A stretch of DNA of 64,000 bases from Sminthopsis crassicaudata (GCF_048593235.1 NC_133618.1:453820947-453884946), one strand, 5' to 3'; shown: positions 10,201 to 24,190, numbered from the stretch's first letter. Notes: generated by a model from the letters alone, not told the origin. Numbers and translations: made by a program.

Positions 10201-11168
10201 TTAAAGAATGTTAATGTTTATTTTTAATAGTATTTTATTTTTCCAAATACATGCAAAGATAGTTTTCAACATTCGCTTTTGCAAAACCTTGTGCTCCAAA
10301 TTTTTCTCCCTCTCTTCTCCTTTCCCTCCTCCCCAAGACAGCAAGCAATCTGATGTAGATCAAACACATGCAATTGTCCTAAACATATTTCCATATCTGT
10401 TAATGCTGTGCAAAAAATCAAAAGGGAAAAAAACATAAGAAAAAAAAGTAAACAACAAAAACCGCGAAAATACTATGCTTAGATCCACATTCTTTCTCCA
10501 TAGTTCTCTATCTGGATGTGACTGTCATTTTCCATCCCATGTCTATTGGAATTGCCTTGAATGACCTCATTGTTGAAAAGAGCCAAACCCATCACAGTTG
10601 ATCATCACATAATTTTCTTGCTACTATATGCAATGTTCTCTTGGTTCACTCAGCTTCAGTTTATATATAGCTTTCTAGGCCTTTTAATATTCCATTACAT
10701 TCATATACCATAATTTATTCTGTCATTGCCCAACTAAAGGGCATTTCCTCAATTTCCAGTTCCTTGCCTCTATAAAAAGGGCTGTTATAAACATTTTTGC
10801 ACATGTGAATTCTTTCCCCCTTTTTATGGTCTCTTTGGGATCTAGTAGAGATGCTGATCAAAGGGTATGCACAATTTGATAGCCCTTTGGTTATAGTTCC
10901 AAATTGTTTTTCAGAAGATTGGTCATTTCACAATTCCACCAGTAATGCATTAGTGTCATCATTTTCTCACATCTCCTTCAACAGTCATCATTATCTTTTC
11001 CCATCATTTTAGCCAGTCTGAGAGGTGTGAAGTTTTACTTTAGAGTTGTCTTAATTTGCATTTTTCTAATCAATGGTGATAGAGAGCATTTTTCATATGA
11101 CTACAAATGGTTTTAATTTCTTCATCTGAAAATTGTCTGCTCATATCCTTTGACCATTTATTAATTGC
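10201..11168 (-). mobile_element. 5'-truncated L1 inserted into a MIR
   Basis: L1 3' sequence flanked by a 14-bp TSD, ctcccagagttctt, at 10187-10200 and 11169-11182. Confidence 0.88.
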
Positions 11169-12289
11169 CTCCCAGAGTTCTTGTGAGAATCAAATGAGAT
11201 AAATGAAAAACCCTTTGCACAATTCCTTATACATAGTAAGTGCTATAAAAATGTTAGTTATTATTATTTTGTTTACTCCCTGGGATTTCTCTTAGGCCTT
11301 CTGAAGAGTTCAAGCAAGGGCCTTATTTCTGTGTCCAAAAAAAGAGGGGAAAAGACAATTTAGTTTTTGAAAGGATATGTATTGTGAATGTAATGCAATA
11401 CTACTATGCTAAGTAATACTAAGAAATCATTATGATGATGAATATGGAGAAACACAGACTTACATGAACAGAATGAATGAAATAAGCAGTACCAAGGAAA
11501 AAATATATACATTGACTACATAATGTAAATGGAAAGAACTTCAATTACAAAAATATTCAGAAGTGAATGTGGTGAAGAAATTACAAAGAATAAGCATTGC
11601 CCCAAAGAAGGATGTGAAAGGATATCTTTGCTGTTTCTTCTTTTGTTGAGGTAGGAGGTACATGGGTATGGAACATTGCATATAATTAGATTCCTTTCAA
11701 TGCTTTGCTGGATCTGGGGCTGTTTGGTTACAGTAAGAGTCACGATTGGGACCATTGAAGTCTCAATACAACAAGGTTAAGTGAGCTTTATGACAAGACT
11801 CAGCAAACTCTAGTAGAGGACAGTGGGCCCTGTTCTTTAGAACCTGTTAGGTCAGATGTCCCACTGTGGAAATAGCTAGTGTTTTGTTTCCTATAAGGTT
11901 ATACAGTTTTAAGGATAGATAAGTGTGGTAAAATGTCTTCCCCTAGGGATTGGGGAGGGAGAAAGTTTTCAAAGTGATTTCCTTAGGACAGTCTTAAGAA
12001 ATAGAAAGTACTAAGATTGTTACATACATACATACATACATATATATATCAAAAAGAAGACAGGAGAGGTAAAATGATTTGTTTTAGATTATACAGCTAG
12101 CAAGTGGCAGAATCTGGATTTGAACCTAAGTCTTTTCCCTCTCAAATCCAGAGATCTTTCTACCATGTTCTACCAGTGAATATAGGCAGAGTATGTACTG
12201 GATGAGTTTTCCTAAGTCACCTATGAAGTGATGGTTACCTATGTAATGATAGCTTTCCTTTCTGTAAACTCTCAGAGAAACATCATATT

Positions 12290-13710
12290 ACTGTAATAAT
12301 TAATTTTTAAAAATAATATTTTATTTACCCCCAATAACAATTTTTTAACATATAGTTTTAAATTCCAGATTCTATCTTTCCCACTCTTCCTTTTCCCCTC
12401 CCTGAAATTGTAAGTAATCTGGTATAAGTCATTCATGTGTAATAATATGAAACATATTTCCATATTAGTCATTTTGTGGAAGAAAACTCAATCCAAAAAA
12501 AAAAGGAAAAAAAGAAAGTGAAAATAGCATGCTTTGAACTGTTTTTAGACTACATTAGTTCTTTCTCTGGAAAAGTATAACATTTTTCATCATGAGTCCT
12601 TTGTGATTGTATTGGATCATTATATTTCTGAGAATAGCCGAGTCATTTATGATACAATATTGCTATTATTGTATACAGTGTTCCCTTGGTTATGCTCACT
12701 TCATTCTCCATCAGTTCATGTAAATCTTTCCAGTTTTTTTCTGAAATCATCCTGCTTGTTTTTTCCTATGGCACAATAATTTTCCATTACAATCATATAC
12801 TACAACTTGTTCAGTCATTCTCTAATTGATGAAGATTCCCTTAATTGCAAATTCTTAGCCACCATGAAAAGAAATATTTTTGTACAAATAGTTTTCCCCT
12901 CTCCCTTAGCCCCCCTTTTAATATCCTTGGAATACAGACCTAGTATTTTGCTAGATCAAAGGGTATACAGTTTTACAGCCCTTTGGGTATAGTTCCAAAT
13001 TATTTTCCAATGGTTGGATCAGCTCACAACTTCAATAATAGTGCAGTACTGTCCCAGTTTTCCTACACTCCCTCCAACATTTATAATTTTCCTTTTCTGT
13101 CATAATGGAGCCAATGTAATAGGTATGAAGTGGTACCTCAAAGTTGTTTTAATGTGTATTTCTCTAATCAATAGTGATTTAGACATTTAAAAAATATGAC
13201 TATAGGTAACTTTGATTTCTTCAACTAAAAACTGCTTGTTTGTATCTTTTGGCCACTTATCACTTAGAGAATGAGTTGCATTCTTATAAATTTGACCAAG
13301 TTCTCTATATAGGGCCTTTATCAGAGATACTGTAAAATCCCTCCCACCCTGCCCTAGTTTTTTGTACTCCTTCTAATTTTGGTTGCATTGGTTTTTTTCG
13401 TGCAAAATATTTTTAATTTTATACAATCAAAATAGTCCATTTTATATTTCATCATGTTCTCTATATCTTGTTTGGTTTTAAATTTTCCTCTTACTTATAG
13501 ATCAGGTAAACTATTCCATACTCCACTAATATATTTATTACCCTTTATGTCTAAATCATGTAAGCATTTTGACCTCATCTTTGTATCTGATATGAGATGT
13601 TAGTTTCTACTTTACTGTTTTTTAGTTTTTCCAACAATTTTTGTCAAATAGTGAGTTCTTGTCCCTAAAACTTGAATCTTTGGGTTTATCAAACACTAAA
13701 TTACTATGGT
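12290..13710 (-). mobile_element. L1 3' portion (ORF2 end + 3' UTR)
   Basis: Reverse-complement L1 3' UTR and ORF2 C-terminal motifs, similar to 10201-11168. Confidence 0.8.
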
Positions 13711-15689
13711 AATTTGTGGGAGGGTGTACATTTGCTTACATGTTAGTGCCTTCTCCTATTGAGTTACGGATTTATTCTCTTTAGTCATAATTGTCATGAG
13801 AAATAGGACACTGATGAGTCCCTGCTATACCAGCCTAAAAGAGCTTTCAAAATATTTTGCACCCATTATTTTATTTGATTTTCATAACTCGATAAGAAGA
13901 AGAGAAAAGGCATGGTAGTAGGAAGAACACTGGTCCTAAAGAGACCTAGATTCAGACCCTGAATGCCCCCTTATAAGCTATGGAACTTAAGCAGAGAATT
14001 TTTTTTCTCTAGACTTCAGCTTTTTCATTTGTAAAATGAGGTAATTGGAGTAAATGCTTACTAAAGTTCTTTCCTATTCTTGTGATCTATAAAAAGTGAA
14101 TGAAGCCAATGAACCCCCTCTAAATGTTTTTAAATGCATGAAATAAAATATACTGGGTTTCATAGGAAAAAATTATATTTAAATAAAGATATTAGTTTTT
14201 CCCATCTAATTTTATAGACCCTCTGAAATCTTTTCATGGTCCTTGGTTAAGAACTTCTGGTCAAAACAATCTTTTTGCAAATCCCTCTGAAAAGTGGCAG
14301 AACCCATATTACAGAATCATAAAAGGTCAATTGTGGAAGGAATCTAAGAAAACTACCGTAGAATGTCAGAGCTGAAAGATACCTTATATTCTAAATCAGA
14401 GAATATTAGAATTGGAAGGGACTTTAGAGTCCCTTGCAGTACCTTTCTAGAGAGGGAAACTGAGTCCTAGAGAGGTAAATATTTGCTGAAGATCACACAG
14501 CCAGTTAGCCCTTGTCAGCTGATATTTTGTGAGAATATTTCTCCATGAGATCAGTTTTCATCAGTGAGAGACACTGATAGAATGGGTAAGAGTTTAGGTG
14601 GGGGGCTGATCTCTGTGGTATTCCCACTTGATCACTGGGAATTAGGAAGAATTGAATAAAAATCCTCACCTTAGAAATTTATTTCTGTTTTGCCTTGGGT
14701 AAGCTATTCAATTTTTTATCTGTAAAAATAAAAAGCCTGCATTTGATGAATTCAGAAGTTATGTCCAGCTCAAAATCTATGATCCTGTCATAATGACAGT
14801 AGCTTCCAGCCTCAGGCACTTAATAGTTATGTGATCATAGGCAAGTCATTTGACTGCTGCCTGCCTCAGTGTCCTCATTTGTAAAATAGAGGTGATAATA
14901 GCATCTGCCTCCAAGGATTGTTGTGAGGATAAAATAAGATGATATTTGTTCATTCCATAAATGTTGTTATAACTATTTTTAAGTTGTTCTCCCAGTATCC
15001 AGTTTCTCCTCTCTCCACTTCATTCTTCAATCAGCTGCCAAAATAATATTCCTAAAGTACAAGTCTAACTATGTCATTTCCTGTTTAACAGACATTAGTG
15101 TTCACTTTTTCCTGTAGAATTAAATATAAACTCTACTGGTTAGAATTTAAAGCCCTTCATAATTTGGTTCCATCTTTTCTTTCCAGGATAATTACACTTT
15201 ACGTCATTCATTCTATATTCCACTTGTTGTTCTTCCCACATGACATTCTCTTTCCTGCCTCCATGCCTTCCCTTGTCTAGAATGCTTTTTCCTTCCCTCT
15301 ATGTGGATATGTTAAATAGACATTTATCATTGTGCCAGCAGGCACTGTATTAAGTGCTGGAGACACAAAAAGATATTGATCCCTTTAAAGTTCAGCTCAA
15401 ATATCATCTCTTAGAATAGGTGTTGTTACTTCCCTCTATTTTAAGAGTTCCCTCCACAAAATTATTTTGTATTTAAAGATGAATATATATTTTGTAACTA
15501 TTTTTCATTGTACATGTTTCCCTTTAGTAAACTGTGACATGCTCAGAGACAGGAACTGTGAGATTGTAATGTCTGGACTTTTGTATTTATACTCTACATG
15601 CCAGCACAATCCATGGCATTTGGTAGATAGGCACTTAATATAGATTTGTTAAATTTAATTGAATGAAACAAAATATAATCAATCTCTCA

Positions 15690-16970
15690 AACCAAGATTA
15701 GCTCCTAATGTACATATGACTTAGATATAGAGTATGAAATAGATGTATGATATCATAAACAAATCAACTAGGAAGAAATTACCCTTTAGATTTATGGATG
15801 AGGGAGAGCTCATATGCAAACAAGGGATAGAGAGGATCACACAACAGCAAATGGACAATTTTGATCAAATAAAATTTTTAAAGTTTTTTTTGTACAAATA
15901 AAACCAAAACAGTTAAAATTCTTAGAAGCAAATCAAGTAATGGGGAAATTTTTTTTTTTCCAGAAAATTTCTCTAATAAGCGTCTCATTTCTGAGTTATA
16001 TAATGAACGGATTCAAATTTATATGAATAAAAAGTATTCCCCAAATGACAAATGTTCATAAGACCAGTTTTTGAAGGAAGAAATATACATTACCAATAGC
16101 CATATTTAAAAAGTGCTACACATCTTTAATATTTAAAGACATTTAAATTAAAGCAGTTCTGAGGTTCTATCTTATATCCGTCAGGTTACTAAAATTATCA
16201 GACCAAAAAGGGGAAAATGACAAGTGTTGCAGAGGCTAGGGGAAAACGGAAACATTAATGCATTGTTGGTGGAGGTGTTTAGCTCTTTGTTTGTGTAGCT
16301 CTTTTAGAAAGCAAATTATGTCCCCAAGTTACTAAACTATATATAACCTTTGATGCAACAATATCAGGCTTATACCCTAAAGATATCAAAGAAAGAAGAA
16401 AATGAAACATATGTTCAAAAATATTAATAACAACTTATTTTTGTGTTAGCAGTTAGCAAAGAGCTGGAATCTAAGGAGGTTCCCCTCAATTGGGGAATGG
16501 CTGAACAAATTATATATATGTTAAATTACATCATCTTATACATTAATGTATTATAAATTATGTATTTGTACATATATATAGATAGATAGATAATGAAATG
16601 GAATACCAATGTAATATAAAAAATGAGAAAAGCTATAGTTATAGAGAAATATGAGATTTACATAAACTAAAAGTGAAGAGAGCAGAACCAGAACAATTTA
16701 TAAAAAACCATTATAAATGCAATTTTCAAAGACTTAAGAACACTGATCACCACAACGACCAATCATGATTTTAGAAGTCCCATGATAAAAAAATGCTTTC
16801 TATCTCCTGGCAGAGAAGTGATAAACTCCATACAAATTGAGATATCCTTTCTTGGACATGACTGTTGAGGGAGTTAACTTGACTTGACTATATTTGTTAA
16901 AAATATTTCTTTAGCTTTTTAAATAGGGAAGGTGAGGAAAAAAAAAAAGGAAAATTTAATTAGAAAATAA
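15690..16970 (+). mobile_element. Older L1 3' portion
   Basis: A-rich, degenerate ORF2 C-terminal and 3' UTR sequence. Confidence 0.7.
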
Positions 16971-17377
16971 ATTTATGGAAGACCTTTTGTTTTTACACCA
17001 TAATCATTTCCCAATACATATAATCTCTAATCTTCCTGAACCATCTTTTGTAATAAATAAAAACAGTTAAACAACAGTTAAGTTGGAGTAAACATATCTG
17101 TGGTGGATGGAAAATTCCAGCTCTATGTTATTACATTATACACCATAATGATAACAGATTTCGAGTAGAAAGAGATCCCCCTTTGCCATATGGGTCAACC
17201 TAGTCATTTAACTTAGAAAAGGAAATGAAACTAATTCCTTTTTTTTTTTAGATTTTTTTTCTCATTTTAATTATTTCACTGGGAATGTAATTTACAAAGC
17301 CTCAGTTTCAAATTGTAAATTCATATGACCCCAAGCTTGTCTTCTGCTCTGATCTAAACATTAATCTTTTTTTTTTT

Positions 17378-17652
17378 AATTTTTAAAATTAATTTTATAA
17401 TTATAACATTTTTTGACAGTACATACGCATAGGTAATTTTTTACAACATTATCCCTTGCACTCCCTTCCTTCCCTCTACCCCCTCCCCTAGATGGTAGGC
17501 ATTCCCATACATATTAAATATGTTATAGTATATCCTAGGTACATTATATATGTGCAGAACCGAATTTTGTTGTTGTTGCAAAGGAAGAATTGGATTCGGA
17601 AGGTAAAAATAACCTAGGGAAAAAAAAAAAAAATACTAACAGTTTACACTCT
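17378..17652 (-). mobile_element. Young L1 3' end
   Basis: Poly-T followed by reverse-complement marsupial L1 3' UTR. Confidence 0.7.
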
Positions 17653-17717
17653 GAAACCATTTCCTTAAGGGTTAAGTGACTTGCCTAAGGAAACAAAGAT
17701 TTAAATTATCAGAGGTG

Positions 17718-17962
17718 AGGAAGCTAGGTTGTACTGTGGAAAAAGTGCCAGGTCTAAAGTCAGGAAGACTAATTTTCCCGAGTTCAAACTTGACACATAC
17801 TAGCTTTGTGACTCTGAGCAAGTCACTTAACCATAGTTGCCTCGGTTTCTAATCTGTAAAATAAGATAGAAAAGGAAATGCCAGACCATTTGAGCATCTT
17901 TGCCAAGAAAACCCTAAATGAGGTTATAAAGAGTCAGATATGACTCACCTAAACAATAACAA
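17718..17962 (+). mobile_element. MAR1-like SINE
   Basis: CORE plus gccaagaaaaccc tail. Confidence 0.75.
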
Positions 17963-19427
17963 CACTTCCAAATCAAATGATCTTTCTCCTAGAGAAGGCT
18001 GCTACTCAACTAAATATATTAAAGGATTAATATTAAATTAATGATAATAATTAATAATAATAAATAATAAATTACAGTAAGAGAAGATATTTTCCCTCTT
18101 GCTGCCTCTTACAGATCCTTATAGCTAGCTCTGTCAGGAGATGGGTAGCATGTTTCATCATGGGACTTTATCCCTCATTTCCTCTGGCTCAAGCTAGGTC
18201 AGACCTGGCTGTAACCCTAAACTCTCTAATTTTATCCTCTCAGTTAGGAAATTGTTTTTCATCCATTAGTATTCATATTAAACTGGAACAATTCAAAGAA
18301 TCCTAGTAACTTCAACACATAGTATCATAAAATGTCTGGAGGGAGACCCATTTTTACATGCAAACCTGGGGAAAAACTACTCTAAATTCAAAGCACCCTA
18401 TGGGCAAAAACTCACTCAAAACTATAATTCATATATTCCATAAATATGTTTACTTCTTTCCCCTCCTACTTAGTTATATTTTACTTTTTTTACATGAAAG
18501 ACAGTTTTTTTATCATTCACTTTTAGAAGATTTTGAGTTACATAACTCCCTCCCTGCCTCTCTTTCCTTGCTCCTTCCCCTTCTCCCTCCCAAAGATCAC
18601 AAGCAATCTGATATAGATTATACATATGCTGGAATGCAAGTTGATAATTTGTGACGTCTCCTTTGAAAGAATTCAGGACTCAGGTCATCTCCAAATCAAA
18701 TAAAGACATTTATTAAAATTTATTTAGAATTATGCACTTAGAGTGGGCTGTCTTCTTTTAAGGAGTTTTGTAGGAGTTAGCTTCCTAGCAAAGCAAGACA
18801 AAGATATTTATGGAATCTGATTATATTACGATATGCAGATTTTGAGGTTATAGGAGGAGTTTACTAACATGAGGAGATCCTAAAGCTTGGTGCAATTGTA
18901 CGTGTGGTCACCCAGAATGCATAAGAAAACCCCACTTGAGGTGATGATGGTATTAATAATGTATGATAATGATATTATGATTAGCCTGACTTCATCATAA
19001 GTTCACACAAAGGACAGCCAAGAAAGATAGTGCAGGCACTCTGGGAAAAGATTTATTGATCTTTGTGGTTCAGTATCTTGGTCTATAACCTGTTGGTAAT
19101 ACTCTTGCATTGGCTGATTTCTATGGTATGATCAAGAAGAATCAGAACAAAAGGAAAAATCACAAGAAAGAAGAAACAACAAAAAAGTAGAAATAGTATG
19201 TTTTAATCTGGTTTCAGACTCCATAGTTTTTTTCTCTGAATGTATAGAGCATTTTCCATCGTGAGTCTTTTGGAATTGTCTGAGAACCTTGTATTGCTGA
19301 GAAGAGTCAAGTCTATGAAAGTCTTACATACAATGTTGCTGTTACTGTGTACGATGCTCTTGTGGTTCTTCTCATTCACTCAACATCACTTCATGCATGT
19401 CTTTCCAGGTTTTGATAGCTTTAATTC

Positions 19428-20060
19428 TGTTAGCTGGCCAGAGGACACTTTAGTTTAAAACAAAAGATCTTTAGTCAAATAATATAGAAAATAAAGTTAT
19501 AAGAAAAGATTCTTCCCATGTTCATATGAGCCTAGTTCTAAAGGTTAGCAGCTACTTTTAGGGGAAAGGGATATATCCTGAGAGTATATGTGGAGAGCAC
19601 ACTTGGAGATAGAACTTGACCTCTTACACTAAGAAAGGGGAGGAGAAGGAAGAGGAGGAAGGAAGGAAGAGGAGACATTATGTTTTGTACTAATTGGCTT
19701 TTGTGCTGGGAATAAAGGTGGGTTTGCTCTCTATTATACCCAGCACAAAATTTAACTATTTCCCAATTCTTTTCCCTATTAAAGAATTTGCAGCCACTGA
19801 AAATTACATGTGATTTCCCTTGCATATCTATGAATATATATGATAAGCAAAACATACTGTAGTCAATCACCTCAGCTACATTGCACAATGTACATGTAGG
19901 CATCTTACTTATGCCATTCACATTAGAATTCAAGAATAGCTAGCATTAGCATAGTCCATAAACCATAAGATATATTATGCAATATATGACACAAAGCATA
20001 ATAAAACACCATTTTAAACAGTGATTACATATAAACATAACAAGTACATGTAAAGCAACA
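19428..20060. mobile_element. Unclassified LTR-like repeat
   Basis: Begins TGTTAG right after an L1 fragment and has candidate CA ends near 20042 or 20060. No TSD confirmed. Confidence 0.35.
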
Positions 20061-21544
20061 CTACCTTCAAATCATAGCAGCTAAGGAGTGGATTAAGTAA
20101 AATGTCCAACTTGGAGATAGCAAAGCTTGAGTTCAAATGCTTAAATACTTTGCTAGCTGGCTAGAGGCTCAAATGAGATAGGATAGGTAATGTGTTTTGC
20201 AAATCTTAAAGTGCTATATAAATGCTAGCTGCTGTGAATACATAGCAAGGAAGGATGATATACCGTAAGAGAAGCTTTACAAAAATAAGCACTCTCAACA
20301 AATGATGCTCACTTTTGTAAAGTGTTTGTAAAGCTCATCTAATTCAACCCTCTCATTTTATAGATGAGAAAGCTGAGGACCAGAGGCAAAATGACTTATC
20401 CAAGAATTGAGGTGCTCTGACTTAAAAACGATTGTTTTCCTCCCTACTATTTCACACTACCAAAACTCTGTTTCTTTCTCATCTGAGCTCAGTGTCTTCT
20501 GAGCCATGATCTAGGTCTGAAAGTCTTATTGCAATTGGTAATCAGGCTTCTGTCCTGTGCCAGTCACTATGTTAAATACTTAGGAGGCACAAAAAACCAA
20601 AAACACAACCCAACAACAACAACAAAAAAGTCCCAGTTTTAAAGGAGCTCACAATGTACTGGAGGAGGCAACAATAAGATACAGACAGAAAAAACTTAAG
20701 GTTACCTCAGAGGGAAGGTACTAAGGTTAAGGAGGACAGGAAAAGGTTTCTTATAGATGGAGAGACTTTAGCTGAGATCTGAAAGAAGCCAAGGAATTCA
20801 GAAAAATAAGAGGACAGAGATCATTCTAGGCATAGGGACTCTTGGTAGTCCTCCCAATCTTTTATAACTCACAAGGTGCCCCTTTTCATCCATTCTATCT
20901 CCAATACTCTTTAGTTGAGGTCCAGGAAAGAAAAAAAATACAAAGAGGCAAAGAACAGAGAAGTCATGTTCATGGCCATGTGTCATCTCCAGATGGGAAA
21001 AAGGCAGCCAGGTGGTAAACCACTGTTCCTCCTCCTCTCTCCACTCAGAAAATTACAGCAGTCTTCTTGCTAGGAGACAGAGATCATGTTGCTCCCAAGG
21101 TTGTTTTTCATTTACATCCAGTTTTGATTCATCAGCCAATAAAAAAGACAATTGTAGAACACCTGTACATGTTCTGAAGGGGAGAGGAGACCTCTCCATT
21201 CCATATGCCAAGAAGTAGGCTCATCAAATATCCACATGTCTGCTACAAGGATTGGCTCCATGAAAAACACTTTGTTGGAGAGAATATTTGAAAGCTGCAT
21301 CTTAATTTTGTCAGTCAAATGCTTACTTTAAAAAAAGTTTCATTAATGTCTCTTATTTGTCCCCACCCACAGTAATTTCCTGATATCTTTTAAAATATGT
21401 TCAATCTTTTGTTTTTCCAAATACACATAAAGATTGTTTTAACATTCAGTTTTTGTAAAACTTTGTCCAAATTTTTCTCCTCCTTCCCTCACCTCCCCCT
21501 TTGAACATGCAAATAATCTGATATTGGTTAAATATGTGCTATTT

Positions 21545-22236
21545 TTTGTGGGGGGGATTTAATAGGTTCTTTTTTTTTTTTTTTAATAGTTTTTATTTAC
21601 CAGATATATGCATGGGTAATTTTACAACATTGACAATTGCCAAACCTTTTGTTCTAATTTTTCCCCTTCTTCCCCACCCCCCGTGGCAGGTTGACCATTA
21701 CATGTTAAATATACTAGATTATAAATTAAATACAATATATGTATACATGTCCAAACAGTTGTTTTGCTGTACAAAAAGAATCGGACCTTGAAATAGTGTA
21801 CAATTAGCCTGTGAAGGAAATAAAAAATGCAGGTAGAAAAAAATAGAGGGATTGGGAATTCTATGTAGTGGTTCATAGTCATCTCCCAGAGTTCTTTTGC
21901 TGGGTGTAGCTGGTTCAGTTCATTACTGCTCTATTGGAATTGATTTGGTTCATCTCATTGTTGGAGAGGGCCATGTCTATCAGAATTGATCATCATATAG
22001 TATTATTGCTGAAGTATATAATGATCTCCTGGTCCTGCTCATTTCACTCAGCATCAGTTCATGTAAGTCTCTCGAGGCCTTTCGGAAATCATCCTGTTGG
22101 TCATTTCTTACAGAACAATAGTATTCCATAATATTCATATACCACAATTTATTCAGCCATTCTCCAATTGATGGGCATCCACTCAGTTTCCAGTTTCTGG
22201 CCACTACAAAGAGGGCTACCACAAACATTCTTGCAC
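21545..22236 (-). mobile_element. Young 5'-truncated L1 nested in an older L1
   Basis: ORF2 C-terminus (WLNKLWYMNIMEYYCSVRNDQQ), 3' UTR and poly-A. 14-bp TSD aatatgtgctattt at 21531-21544 and 22237-22250. Confidence 0.92.
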
Positions 22237-22945
22237 AATATGTGCTATTTATTTAAACATATTTCCTTATCTGTCATGTTGTGCAAGAAAAATCAGACTT
22301 AAAGGGGAAAAACATGAGAAAGGAAAAAATAAACAAAAAAGATGAAAAGACTGTTTTGATGCCTTTTCAGTTTCCATAGTTCTCCCTGTGGATGGGGATG
22401 TCATTTTTCATCCCAAGTCTATTGGAATTGCCTTTAATCACTGCATTGTTGAGAAGAGCCAAGTTTATCACAGTTGATCATCACATAATGTTCTCTTGGT
22501 TCTGCTTGATTCACTCAGCATCAGTTCATGTAAGTCTTTCCAGGATTTTCTGAAATCAGTCTGCTTCTGATACCTTCTTTCTACTCCCAAAGAACTATTT
22601 TTTATGACAAAAGTAATTCATCGAAAATAACTGAAACAGAGGCTGAGTAAAAATGGCAGTGTAATAGGAAGCAATGTAGTAAGTTCCTCTCCACTAATTT
22701 CTCCTAAAAGAACTAGATGATGTGCCATACTAAATCTTGACTGGGAAATCTAGAAAGATTCACAGTAAATTCTTTGTCTAGCCCAGCTAGCTAAACATAT
22801 AGGGATGTCTGCAGACACTGGAGATAGGATCAACCCCTGAACACATTGAGCTTAAAGCATTCCATGCTGGGAGCATTCTAATACCCACAGAGAACACCAG
22901 AGCAAGGGAGGGGTAATTGGGTTGAGTCCCAAATGCTTACCAGAA

Positions 22946-23272
22946 CAGAGCTTCTTAAACTTTTTTCATGAATACCTTTTGCCCCAGAAATTTTTATATG
23001 ACTCTATTTCACATCTGAGCCAAAGTGTTTCTGGCAGCACTTGTGCATGTGTGGTGTAAAAATGTGTGTTGTATGTTCAGAACTAAGACTGCAGTGAAGT
23101 TGTACAATTCAATACTTGCAAGCCCTTCCAGAAACACTAGAGATTCATTATGTGTTTAATTTTGAATTAATTTTTGGTCTTTGCATTCAGAAACTTTTTA
23201 CTGCTGCTACATTTTTCATGACCTCCATATTCAGTTATGTGACCCCCATATAGGGTCAGTTTAAGAAGCTGT
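22946..23272. mobile_element. Non-autonomous hAT DNA transposon with the same TIR as 9352-9713
   Basis: cagagcttcttaaact ... agggtcagtttaagaagctg. Confidence 0.7.
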
Positions 23273-23769
23273 ATTATATTAGAGCACCCTGGCAGCTTTA
23301 TTGTTCACTACCCAGTTCCAAGTCACAGATCTGGTAAGTCAATCAATAAACAGTTATAAGCACTTACTCTGTGTCAAATTCTGGGAATACACATGCAAAT
23401 AAAAACAAACTCAGTTCCCATCCTCAAAGATCTTACAATCAAATAGGAGAAAATAACAAATAAAAGGAAGTTGGAAGGGAGTAGGAATGAAAGGGGTACT
23501 CTACTTAGGAGCATGATAGAGAAATCCAAAAGTCCAAAAGCAGTGTAACTGGTGGGGATAAGACTATATTGAATGCTTTTTTAAAATAGAGGACCTAGAG
23601 CTTACAGCTCTGTTCTCAAGTCAGAGGATCCAATCAGAGGTAGAAGGCATTGCTGAGATAGGAATATCAGCCAGTTCACTCTTGCTAGATAATGAGATTT
23701 CTAGTAGTGATTTTCCTGGGGACATCAAAGTTGTGATGGAGAAGTACAGAGAAGAATAAAAATAATTTT

Positions 23770-24190
23770 TTTTGTTAGTTCTTGAAGACAACTAATGGGA
23801 TGTCTTAGAGACCTTTGAGTGAATTTTTTTTTAAGTGAGGCAGTTGCTCAAAGGCATCACATTCTCTCCTCCAGAGTCAATAGAGGCCAGTGACAAGGCA
23901 AAAGTCAAGACAATGGCAATGGCCTTTGATGTAATGGGTGACCTTGGCCTATTTAAGCTATGATCTTTCCCAAGTTTCAGTTTGTCTAAGACAAACTATT
24001 CACTGATTAAGAAATCAGACAAAAGATGGCCTAGTTTGCCATCACAAAAGAATCTGTCTGAGAGGGAAAGACCCTTAGAGTTTCTGGCCTCATTCTGAGT
24101 CATCAAAACCCAAATAAAGAATGAGAGGTTTGGGCTGATACCTATTATTGGTCATTCAATGAAAGCCTAGAGTGAGTTTAAAACCACAGG
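23770..24190. mobile_element. Marsupial interspersed repeat (WALLSI/RTE-SINE-like); a related fragment lies at 24535-24715
   Basis: Both copies share gttcttgaaga...gatgtctt...gtgaatt...taagtgag motifs. Family name tentative. Confidence 0.4.

Noticed and set aside
19850-20050. Resemblance to a mitochondrial control region (NUMT)
   Set aside because: Only compositional (tacat/acata motifs); no flanking tRNA or conserved sequence blocks.
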